From a virus (lineage: Duplodnaviria; Caudoviricetes), in the IMG/VR virus record IMGVR_UViG_3300030095_004537, positions 1 through 37,883 of that record: DNA of 37,883 bases; one strand, given 5' to 3'. Shown here piece by piece: positions 28,747 through 36,895 of the stretch; within the stretch, counting starts at the first letter, position 1, and the number at the start of each line of letters is the position of its first letter. Both the position numbers and the translations under genes were made by a program. The notes under the pieces were generated by a model. That model searched no databases. It was not told where the DNA came from and was given only the letters and a program-made list of their open reading frames with translations.

Positions 28747-29386
28747 ATTCAATTATGATATAAAAAAATATGATTTTAAATCTTTATTTTGTAGATGGTT
28801 AAATACTGATGATTTAACAACATTACATAACGAAAAAAAATATCCTGTTTTGACAAGAGAAGAAGATATGTATATGCATTGGAATCAAATTTATTACAAA
28901 AGATGGAGAGAGGATTCTTCTATCAAAGATTTATATTTAAAATTTTTAGAAGATGTTATAAAGCCAAGGTTTGGAGAAGAGATAATTTATCAAGAACTTC
29001 CAGATATAAGAATACATTTACCTAATAACATAGCTGTTGGAGAATTTCATAAGGATAAACATTACAGAAATGAAAAATGGGCTAAAGAAGTCAGAGAATT
29101 GAATTACTTTGTTCCTCTAACTGAATCGTATGGAACAAATACATTATGGGCTGAAACAGAAGAAGATAAGGGAGATTATACACCATTTGAATCTGATTAC
29201 GGAGAATGCACTGAATGGCGTGGTAGTTTTTTAACACATGGGAATAAAATAAATAAAACATCTATAACAAGAGTAAGTTTTGATTTTAGAGTTATACCCA
29301 AATCAAGATATAAACCAAGTGAACATACATCAATTAATATGAAGATACCTTTTAAGATTGGTGGATATTATGGAGGAATAGTATGA
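28739..29386 (+). CDS. StrG-like Fe(II)/2-oxoglutarate-type double-stranded beta-helix protein
   Basis: YQ..P.IRIHLP, FHKD (HxD), N.FVPLT, HGN..N, TRVSFDFR. Confidence 0.75.
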   Translation: MFKFNYDIKKYDFKSLFCRWLNTDDLTTLHNEKKYPVLTREEDMYMHWNQIYYKRWREDSSIKDLYLKFLEDVIKPRFGEEIIYQELPDIRIHLPNNIAVGEFHKDKHYRNEKWAKEVRELNYFVPLTESYGTNTLWAETEEDKGDYTPFESDYGECTEWRGSFLTHGNKINKTSITRVSFDFRVIPKSRYKPSEHTSINMKIPFKIGGYYGGIV

Positions 29387-29625
29387 ATGAATCAAATAAA
29401 ACTGATTTAAAACCATCTATAAGTACAAGTTATTTTTTAGAATGTGAGTCAGTAACTCAAATTATACATTTTAAAGATGGGATAAAAAGAACCTTTTCTG
29501 GTATAATGCCAGAAACAATAAAACAAGGACAATATACTAAGATGTCTACTGTTGATGGTAGAATGTTAATTATTAACGATAGTAATGTTCTATGTATAGA
29601 AGTTTTTCCAGAGGATAAAAAATGA
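29383..29625 (+). CDS. Hypothetical protein
   Basis: 80-aa coupled ORF with GGAGG SD. Confidence 0.6.
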   Translation: MNESNKTDLKPSISTSYFLECESVTQIIHFKDGIKRTFSGIMPETIKQGQYTKMSTVDGRMLIINDSNVLCIEVFPEDKK

Positions 29626-30335
29626 AAGTTTTAATTACGGGTGCAAATAGTGGATTAGGAAAATGGCTTTCAAAACAATTTTCAGAGTGTGACGAATTTG
29701 TTAGAGGAAGTAATGTGAAAGATTTTCCAAAAGAAAAGAATTGGGCGCCAGATGGTTCTGGATATGCATACAAATCATATGATTTGATAATACATTGTGC
29801 TGGTTCTGTTCAGCATTCTAATTGGAGTAATGTTGGGTTAGATTTATTTAAGGATAATGTTTTTTTAACAAGAGATTTGATAAGTATTCCACATAAAAAA
29901 TTTGTCTATATATCATCTATTGATGAGGCGAAAGATTCACCCTATGGTGTAACCAAAAGATTATCAGAAATAATTGTAAAAGAGCTTTGTGATGAATATT
30001 TAATATTAAGACCATCTGGATTATTAGGAAAGGAAATGAAAAAGAATACATTTCAAAAAATAATAAGTGGAGATGATGTGGCTGTAACAAAGAATACGAT
30101 TATGAATTATATTTTATACGAAGATATTTTAGACGCGGTTAATGCTAATCAGAATGGTACAAAGGTTTTAAGATCTAATGGTGATATAACTATCGAAGAG
30201 GTTGTAAATATATTTGGTAAAAAAATAGATTTTGGTGATATACATTATGAGGTGGAATATGTAAAAACTGATATCAACACAAATAAAACATCCGAAGATA
30301 ATATAAAAATATATAAGGAGAAGTATGTCGATTGA
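29622..30335 (+). CDS. NAD(P)-dependent SDR (NDP-sugar ketoreductase/epimerase type)
   Basis: TGANSGLG, IHCA, YISS, YGVTK (YxxxK). Confidence 0.85.
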   Translation: MKVLITGANSGLGKWLSKQFSECDEFVRGSNVKDFPKEKNWAPDGSGYAYKSYDLIIHCAGSVQHSNWSNVGLDLFKDNVFLTRDLISIPHKKFVYISSIDEAKDSPYGVTKRLSEIIVKELCDEYLILRPSGLLGKEMKKNTFQKIISGDDVAVTKNTIMNYILYEDILDAVNANQNGTKVLRSNGDITIEEVVNIFGKKIDFGDIHYEVEYVKTDINTNKTSEDNIKIYKEKYVD

Positions 30336-31062
30336 ATTAAAGAGTCAGATATTAAATCTGATAGAAGAAATAGATGATAATGTGGAACAAAGACTAGACC
30401 ATTTTTTAGAATGTATAAATTCAGATGGAAGTATTAGTGATGTTTTAAATTGGTTGCAGAATATAAAAGACAATTTACCAGCAGAAGTTACAGAGATTAA
30501 TTTGAATGATGTAAATGATGGTTGGGGTATCAATGACAAAACCGGAAACTTTGAACACAAAACTGGTGGATTTTTCAAAGTTATAGGTGTTAAGACTAAA
30601 ACCAATATTAGAGAGTCCGGTAAAGGTTGGAATCAACCAATGGTAGACCAAGGAACTGAAGCTAGTGTTGTTGGGTTAGTTAGACAATTAGATACAAAAG
30701 GAACTCCACTTTATCTCATAGAGGCTAAGTTTGAACCAGGTAATTATGGTGAGGTTTTATTGTCTCCTACTCTTCAGGTAACTTATGATAATTTAAATAA
30801 ACTTCATAGTGGTAGAAAACCTTTATTCTCAGAATACTTTGATGGTAATGAACAAAAAGGTATAGTTAAGTTCGAACATTGGTATCCAGAAGATGGTGGA
30901 AGGTTTTACAAAAAGAGAGTAAAAAATATGCTTGTAGAAACGAATGATGTTTCAAAAATACCAGATAACTTTATATGGCTGAGTATGTATCAATTAAAAG
31001 AGTTATTAAAAGTAGATAATATTATGAATCCTCATTTGAGAAGCATAATATCATATTTGTAG
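30325..31062 (+). CDS. NDP-hexose 2,3-dehydratase (single-domain)
   Basis: W..D...G...H.TGGFFKVIG, WNQPM.DQ, AKFEPGN, LSPTLQ.T, EDGGRFY.K..KN, F.WL...QLK. Confidence 0.85.
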   Translation: MSIELKSQILNLIEEIDDNVEQRLDHFLECINSDGSISDVLNWLQNIKDNLPAEVTEINLNDVNDGWGINDKTGNFEHKTGGFFKVIGVKTKTNIRESGKGWNQPMVDQGTEASVVGLVRQLDTKGTPLYLIEAKFEPGNYGEVLLSPTLQVTYDNLNKLHSGRKPLFSEYFDGNEQKGIVKFEHWYPEDGGRFYKKRVKNMLVETNDVSKIPDNFIWLSMYQLKELLKVDNIMNPHLRSIISYL

Positions 31063-31071
31063 GAGATTAAC

Positions 31072-31611
31072 ATGAAAATTCAAGAATTGGCAATAAAGGG
31101 TGTATTTTTAATTATACCAGATGTATTTTATGACAATAGGGGTTATCTTTATGAAGGTTATAACTCTAAAAGATGGAGCTCTTTAGAATTTCCAAATAAT
31201 TTTGTACAAGATAATGTAGCATACAATTCAAAGAAGAACACAGTAAGGGGGATGCATTATCAGGAAAAGTATTATCAAGCTAAGCTTGTCAGTTGTATTA
31301 AGGGTTCTATATTAGATGTGGTAGTTGATGTTAGAGAAGACTCTGATACCTTTAAACAATGGGTATCTGCTGATTTAAGCGAAGAAAACAAACATCAGTT
31401 ATGGATACCAAGAGGATTTGCTCACGGATACAAAACATTAAAAGATGATACAATAGTTTATTACAAAACAGACCAATATTATATGCCAGAAGATTACAGA
31501 GGATTTATTTGGAATGATAAGAACATAGATATTAACTGGAATGTGAGTGACAAAGATGAGGTGACTTTATCCTCTAAAGACATGGAGTATAAAGAATTTG
31601 GATATGAATAG
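31072..31611 (+). CDS. rmlC: dTDP-4-keto-6-deoxyglucose 3,5-epimerase
   Basis: DNRG, FVQDN, RGMHYQ, QAKLV, DVVVDVR..S.TF, WIPRGFAHG, W.D..I.INW, LSSKD. Confidence 0.93.
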   Translation: MKIQELAIKGVFLIIPDVFYDNRGYLYEGYNSKRWSSLEFPNNFVQDNVAYNSKKNTVRGMHYQEKYYQAKLVSCIKGSILDVVVDVREDSDTFKQWVSADLSEENKHQLWIPRGFAHGYKTLKDDTIVYYKTDQYYMPEDYRGFIWNDKNIDINWNVSDKDEVTLSSKDMEYKEFGYE

Positions 31612-33343
31612 AATAAATTTAAAAGATATAGATTTAGGTTCTCTTGGTGTAATACTAAACAAAGCTGGTAGGGTTGTTGATGGTGTAAATCATGGTAGAA
31701 TGGTTTTAAAGGGGGATGGTGTTTATTATAAGATATTTGATAAGGACTATTGTCGTAGAGAGAACTTTGTAAAAGCACTTGAAGCTGGTTTCTTCGATGA
31801 GGTTGCCCCAGCACTACAATCACTAATAGTAGATGGAGATGATATAGTTGGTTATGTGTGTGAGTTAGGAGAAATAATAGGTTCAGAGTTTGATAAAGTT
31901 CCCGATGAGTTTTATCAAAAGGTACTATCTTTGGTAAATGAAAAAAAAATGTTCTTTTACGATTTGGTCTCGATAAATATTATAAGAACAAAGAGTGGTG
32001 AACTAAGTCTTATTGATTTGGAAAGTGTGTATGATATAGATGAGTTATATACCATAGACAAACATAATGCTAAAGTTAAACCAGACTATTATTACACAGA
32101 GTTAGAAAGGTTATGGAAGAAAAATATGAAAAAGATAAGTTTTATACAACCAAGTAGAAACAACCTAAAATATCTACAATGGTCTTACAATAGTATTAGA
32201 AAGAACTTGGGACCTGAACATGAGATATGTTGGGCTGATGATTTCTCAGACGATGGGACTTGGGATTGGATGAATAAGATAATGAGAAAAGACGAAAACG
32301 TACAGATAATGAGAAACGATGGGCCTGATAGGTTAGGACATACCATACTGTATGATAGGTTAGTAGATCTGGCTACAAACGACATCGTGATGATATATCA
32401 TGCGGATATGTATGCTTGCCCTAATATGGATGTGGAAGTTCTCAAACATCTACAGCGTGGGAAGGTTGTTTCAGCCACACGCATAGAACCACCACTACAT
32501 CCTGATGGTCCTGAGAAGATACTAATGGATTATGGTATAGAACCTGAAGAGTTTAAGGAAAAAGAGTTGTTAAGATTCATTGATGAAGAAGAACAAACTG
32601 GTGATGATAAACTTACCGAAGGTATATTTGCACCTTGGGCTATATACAAAGATGACTTTCAAGCCATAGGTGGGCACGATCCTTTGTATGCTCCACAATC
32701 CAAAGAGGACTCTGATATCTTCAATAGGTTTCAGTTGGCTGGTTATGAGACAATACAGACTTGGCAAGGGTTTGTATACCATATGACTTGTAGAGGTAGT
32801 AGATTTAAGGATGGGGCTATGAGAAATCCAGCAGGTCAAGTCTTTATGAAAGGTAGAGAATCATCGGAATGGCTGGCTCAGAATCTAAGGAGCACTCGTA
32901 ACTTCATTCGTAAGTGGGGACATATGGTTAAGCACGATGAGTATCTTAAACCGATAGTTCCACCTAAATATGATATAGGGTTTGTAGCTTACAATTGTGA
33001 TAAGAACCTATTAAGAGAGTTAGAACCTTGGTGTAGTAAGATATACTTAGACTTTGGCTCAGATTATATGAGTGAGTATAGAAAAGAAGAACAACAAGAT
33101 ACCCAATTTAACTTAGATGAAAAGATATTCATGTATGGCAACTCAAAGCCATCGGATTTGGGTAATGATATAATTATCGAGTTTGACTGTCGTATGTTGA
33201 ATGCTAATAACTTTCAGACAATAGTAAACTTATCAGAAATAATACAGCAAAGTGGTGAAATAGGTGTGATGGAGTATGATATATTCAAGTTTCATATAAA
33301 TTCATTGGACTCATATGAAAAGGAGTTAATTAATGTCGTATAA
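31604..33343 (+). CDS. Fusion of a protein-kinase-like N-terminal domain and a GT2 glycosyltransferase
   Basis: YYKIF, YDLVSIN, LIDLES kinase-fold motifs; from Met 32126 MKKISFIQPSRN, ADDFSDDGT, HADM, GGHD, EDSD, VYH. Confidence 0.8.
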   Translation: MNRINLKDIDLGSLGVILNKAGRVVDGVNHGRMVLKGDGVYYKIFDKDYCRRENFVKALEAGFFDEVAPALQSLIVDGDDIVGYVCELGEIIGSEFDKVPDEFYQKVLSLVNEKKMFFYDLVSINIIRTKSGELSLIDLESVYDIDELYTIDKHNAKVKPDYYYTELERLWKKNMKKISFIQPSRNNLKYLQWSYNSIRKNLGPEHEICWADDFSDDGTWDWMNKIMRKDENVQIMRNDGPDRLGHTILYDRLVDLATNDIVMIYHADMYACPNMDVEVLKHLQRGKVVSATRIEPPLHPDGPEKILMDYGIEPEEFKEKELLRFIDEEEQTGDDKLTEGIFAPWAIYKDDFQAIGGHDPLYAPQSKEDSDIFNRFQLAGYETIQTWQGFVYHMTCRGSRFKDGAMRNPAGQVFMKGRESSEWLAQNLRSTRNFIRKWGHMVKHDEYLKPIVPPKYDIGFVAYNCDKNLLRELEPWCSKIYLDFGSDYMSEYRKEEQQDTQFNLDEKIFMYGNSKPSDLGNDIIIEFDCRMLNANNFQTIVNLSEIIQQSGEIGVMEYDIFKFHINSLDSYEKELINVV

Positions 33344-33827
33344 AAACTATATAACAGAAGTCATAGACTTTCCACAAGAAGGGATTAGTTTCAAAGATAT
33401 ATCACCATTGTTAGCAGATGAGGTGGTGTTTAAAAACGTAATAAGAGATATGGGTAGTAGGGTTAGATTGCCAAATTATTGGGTTGGCGTAGATGCTCGT
33501 GGGTTTATATTCGCTTCTGCATTATCCATATATTATGGTGGTGGAGTAGTGTTATGTAGAAAGAAGAATAAGTTACCCTCACCAAAAAATCAACAGCAAT
33601 ATAATTTAGAGTATGGTACTGCTACTTTAGAGATGAGAGACGGAGACGGTGAGGTGGTAATAGTAGATGATGTACTAGCTACCGGTGGTACATTACAGGC
33701 TACTAATTGGTTAGCTAAAAAATCAGGATATGATGTTGTTGGTAATATAGTATTAATTGATTTAAAATATGTACCTAGAGATAGTATTTTTGATTTAAAT
33801 GTCAAGTCATTGGTTACATATGAATAA
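33333..33827 (+). CDS. apt: Adenine phosphoribosyltransferase
   Basis: DFPQEGISFKDISPLL, DARGFIF, RKKNKLP, YNLEYG, VDDVLATGGT PRPP-binding motif. Confidence 0.93.
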   Translation: MSYKNYITEVIDFPQEGISFKDISPLLADEVVFKNVIRDMGSRVRLPNYWVGVDARGFIFASALSIYYGGGVVLCRKKNKLPSPKNQQQYNLEYGTATLEMRDGDGEVVIVDDVLATGGTLQATNWLAKKSGYDVVGNIVLIDLKYVPRDSIFDLNVKSLVTYE

Positions 33828-34398
33828 AAAAAATATACTAATAGTCAGCGCTCTTGAAATAGAAGCACAAGGTCAGTTAAATGATTATGATGTTCTCTAT
33901 ACAGGAGTTGGTAAGGTAAATGCTACATTTGCACTTACACGGAAGTTTGGTAAGTTTGGCTCACATATACCATATGATTTAATAATTAACTATGGTACTG
34001 CTGGTTCTCGTAAAATTAAAAAGAAAACATTGGTAGATTGTACTAAATTTATTCAACGAGACATGGATGTTACCGGTATTGGATTTATGAGGGGCGAAAC
34101 TCCCTTTGAAGATAATCCACCAATCACAATAGAATCAAAAAGTAACTTCAATCCTATTGGTAGAAAAGCAACTTGTGGTAGTGGAGATAACTTCGTAGAA
34201 GATAAAAGTCAGTATTACGGTGAAGTAGTGGACATGGAAGCGTATGCTCTTGCTAAAGTATGTTTCAATTATGATGTACCATTTATATCTTTTAAGTATA
34301 TTACTGATGGCGCAGATGAACAAGCTCATGAAGATTGGGAAGTAAATTTGGCTGGTGGTATAGTAGAATTTAAGGAGAAAATATTATGCGAACTTTAG
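33820..34398 (+). CDS. 5'-methylthioadenosine/S-adenosylhomocysteine nucleosidase (Pfs/MtnN-like)
   Basis: ALEIE, GVGKVNA, INYGTAG, Q.DMD, SGDNF, DMEA.A.A, KYITD. Start ATG 33820. Confidence 0.85.
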   Translation: MNKKNILIVSALEIEAQGQLNDYDVLYTGVGKVNATFALTRKFGKFGSHIPYDLIINYGTAGSRKIKKKTLVDCTKFIQRDMDVTGIGFMRGETPFEDNPPITIESKSNFNPIGRKATCGSGDNFVEDKSQYYGEVVDMEAYALAKVCFNYDVPFISFKYITDGADEQAHEDWEVNLAGGIVEFKEKILCEL

Positions 34399-35252
34399 TT
34401 ACAGGAGGAGTAGGATTCATAGGTTCTAACCTAATAGAAAAACTACATCAACAAGAACATGAAGTGATATCTGTAGATAACTATTCTACAGGTAAAAAAG
34501 AGAATGAACATTCTTTTTGTGAATATCACAATGTTGATTTACAAGAACATCCTTTAGAATATGTAAAGATGGAAAAACCAGACATTATATATCATTTAGC
34601 AGCTAAAGCTAGGATACTACCATCAATACAGAATCCATTACATACTATGAAAAATAATGTAAATAGTATGATACATGTATTAGATTATGCTAGAAGTAAG
34701 AATGTACCCGTAGTGTATGCTGGTTCATCATCTGTTGTTGGTGACATCTATTCTAATCCGTATACATTGTCCAAATTTTATGGCGAGGAGTTGTGTAAAA
34801 TGTATTCAAAGGTTTACAGCACACCAATATCTATCTGTAGGTTCTATAATGTTTATGGTAAATACCAGCTTACTGAAGGGGCTTATTGTACGCTTATCGG
34901 TATCTTTGAAAGACTGTATAATAGTAACCAACCTTTAACTATTACAGGTGATGGAGAACAACGAAGAGACTTTACTCATGTAGATGACATTGTGGATGGG
35001 TTGATGAGGTGTGCTAAGTCTTTGTATATGTCTGAAACTATTGGAGAAACATTTGAATTGGGTAGGGGTAAAAACTATTCAGTAAATGAAATAGCTAGTG
35101 CTTTTGGTGATTATCCAATCGAATATATAGACAAGAGACCTGGTGAGATGAGAAACACATTAAATACCGATACGAAAGCTAGAGATGTATTAGGTTGGAA
35201 TCCAAAGGGTGATGTGATAGACTATATAAAAAATAACATTTTGAAGAAATGA
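34386..35252 (+). CDS. Extended SDR, NDP-sugar 4-epimerase/dehydratase family
   Basis: TGGVGFIGS, HLAA, SSS, YTLSK, RFYNVYG, GDGEQRRDFTHVDD. Confidence 0.9.
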   Translation: MRTLVTGGVGFIGSNLIEKLHQQEHEVISVDNYSTGKKENEHSFCEYHNVDLQEHPLEYVKMEKPDIIYHLAAKARILPSIQNPLHTMKNNVNSMIHVLDYARSKNVPVVYAGSSSVVGDIYSNPYTLSKFYGEELCKMYSKVYSTPISICRFYNVYGKYQLTEGAYCTLIGIFERLYNSNQPLTITGDGEQRRDFTHVDDIVDGLMRCAKSLYMSETIGETFELGRGKNYSVNEIASAFGDYPIEYIDKRPGEMRNTLNTDTKARDVLGWNPKGDVIDYIKNNILKK

Positions 35253-35485
35253 CATACTATATATTATTAGAGGGAGATTCCAAAAACGCCATTTGGGATG
35301 AGAATACTTTGGGAGAAGAATCCTTTGGAACATTTTATACAGGAGCTGGTTTTAAAGCATTAAATACAATAGTTATGAGTGAATCACATTTGGTAGAAAC
35401 AGTCAAAATAGTAGATGAAAAGAATCAGTCTTATTCAGTAGAAGAGTTTGTAAAATTAATATCAAAATGGAAAATTAGGTCTTGA
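35249..35485 (+). CDS. Hypothetical protein
   Basis: 78-aa ATGA-coupled ORF. Confidence 0.6.
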   Translation: MTYYILLEGDSKNAIWDENTLGEESFGTFYTGAGFKALNTIVMSESHLVETVKIVDEKNQSYSVEEFVKLISKWKIRS

Positions 35486-35513
35486 CTTATATACCATTTT
35501 GTTCGTAGCTTTA
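35481..35513 (+). promoter_or_regulatory. sigma70-type phage promoter, copy 2 (TTGACT-N18-TAGCTT)
   Basis: CTTGACTT...TCGTAGCTTTA, matching 2702-2733. Followed by AGGAG and ATG 35525. Confidence 0.6.
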
Positions 35514-35524
35514 GGAGTAAGTTA

Positions 35525-35695
35525 ATGGTGGATTATAGATATTTAGAAGAGTTAGAAGATGAAGCATTTGAAGAAAAAATTAAACCAAAAAGAAAACCAA
35601 AGAAACAAAAGAAAAAATGGAAGGAATTAAGTAATGAGTCTAAAAGGAATAAAAAGACTGGTAAGTTATGGACTAATAAGCCTAACAGGATTTAA
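35525..35695 (+). CDS. Small acidic-then-basic protein, 56 aa (absent from the ORF track)
   Basis: MVDYRYLEELEDEAFEEKIKPKRKPKKQKKKWKELSNESKRNKKTGKLWTNKPNRI. AGGAG SD at 35513. Confidence 0.6.
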   Translation: MVDYRYLEELEDEAFEEKIKPKRKPKKQKKKWKELSNESKRNKKTGKLWTNKPNRI

Positions 35696-36185
35696 TCTAT
35701 TTGTAGGGTGTTCACTACCCTTTGAGCCAGAACTATCTACGATAGAGTTTGTATTAGATGCTCGTATGGAAAAAGATATTAATGGTTATTATCATCTAAC
35801 ATTAGATACAACGAAGTGGCAAACTCCTCATAGAATTAGTGGTAATGTTTATAGAGATGGAGAAAGTGTAAATGTACTAAAATTTGGATGGGGAAGTAAT
35901 CATTATTGGATTATAGGAGATGACTTCGGTTATTTTGTAGCAAATACAGGACTAAACGATAACGGAACATACATTGGATATGACACAACGCATATAGATT
36001 GGTTTGAAGGACATACAGTCCCTATAATCAATGGTGCTTCTTATAGTAATATGGATGGTGAGGTAAACACCATGTTAGCTCCTACAAGAAATATGAGAGG
36101 AGATACTGCTACTATATTCTATGGTTGGTATGATGATTGGAAAAGTGAAGAAGTAATCGGTGAATTTTATGTAATATTTGATTAA
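35634..36185 (+). CDS. Putative lipoprotein
   Basis: Basic N-terminus, hydrophobic stretch, lipobox-like LFVG|C. Confidence 0.65.
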   Translation: MSLKGIKRLVSYGLISLTGFNLFVGCSLPFEPELSTIEFVLDARMEKDINGYYHLTLDTTKWQTPHRISGNVYRDGESVNVLKFGWGSNHYWIIGDDFGYFVANTGLNDNGTYIGYDTTHIDWFEGHTVPIINGASYSNMDGEVNTMLAPTRNMRGDTATIFYGWYDDWKSEEVIGEFYVIFD

Positions 36186-36197
36186 GGAGTTATTATT

Positions 36198-36470
36198 ATG
36201 TTATATGTTATGATAGACAAAAGTTATGAAATAGTTAATACAATAGAGGCAGAAAGTCTAAATCATGCAGTAGAATATTTTGTATCACGAAAACAATTCG
36301 TAGATAGGGATACATTCGATAGCTTGTACAAGGTGTTGTCAAAACAAGAGTATAATTTAAACCAACAGGCTTTTGAAAGGAAACCATCATCGGAGCAAAT
36401 ACAATGGTGGAAAGATGAGGAGACTTATTTGGATGTAGATGTACCCATAACACAGAGTAATGATGAGTAA
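36198..36470 (+). CDS. Hypothetical protein
   Basis: 90 aa, AAGGAG SD. Confidence 0.65.
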   Translation: MLYVMIDKSYEIVNTIEAESLNHAVEYFVSRKQFVDRDTFDSLYKVLSKQEYNLNQQAFERKPSSEQIQWWKDEETYLDVDVPITQSNDE

Positions 36471-36630
36471 ATTGACAAAAGAACAGAAAAAAGAATTGGA
36501 GATACTAGCAGCTGAGATAGAGGCTGAAGCTATCCAAATGAGAATAGACTACGAACAAACACCATCGGAAGAGAGTGGTAGTGTTGTAGTGGTTCATGAG
36601 AATGCAGAAATATTGGATGAGGAAGAATGA
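36460..36630 (+). CDS. Small acidic protein, 56 aa (absent from the ORF track)
   Basis: MMSKLTKEQKKELEILAAEIEAEAIQMRIDYEQTPSEESGSVVVVHENAEILDEEE. Fills the gap exactly and is ATGA-coupled to the next ORF. Confidence 0.6.
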   Translation: MMSKLTKEQKKELEILAAEIEAEAIQMRIDYEQTPSEESGSVVVVHENAEILDEEE

Positions 36631-36872
36631 AAATTATATTATCACAAAGACATTTATTTAATGAATGTAAACCTATGGTACAAATTGATGAGTGGGTTCA
36701 ATGGGATGAGTGTGATTTAAGTGAGTGTCCACCATACAGAGAAAAGGGTAGTATGACAGCACATGGTAAGTTTCCAAAATATGATTATGAGGAGTTACCA
36801 AAGACGTTCAAAGATAAAAACGGTAACGAACATAATATTGATGATATTACAGCACATAAGAGTTCGTATTGA
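36627..36872 (+). CDS. Hypothetical protein
   Basis: 81 aa, GAGG SD, coupled start. Confidence 0.55.
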   Translation: MKIILSQRHLFNECKPMVQIDEWVQWDECDLSECPPYREKGSMTAHGKFPKYDYEELPKTFKDKNGNEHNIDDITAHKSSY

Positions 36873-36895
36873 AAAATTAATGTAAGGAGTAAGTA

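Noticed and set aside
5256-35252. Ordinary bacterial O-antigen or capsule locus
   Set aside because: No flippase, polymerase, ABC transporter or priming transferase seen, and both flanks are phage-type genes. Not fully excluded without the rest of the contig.
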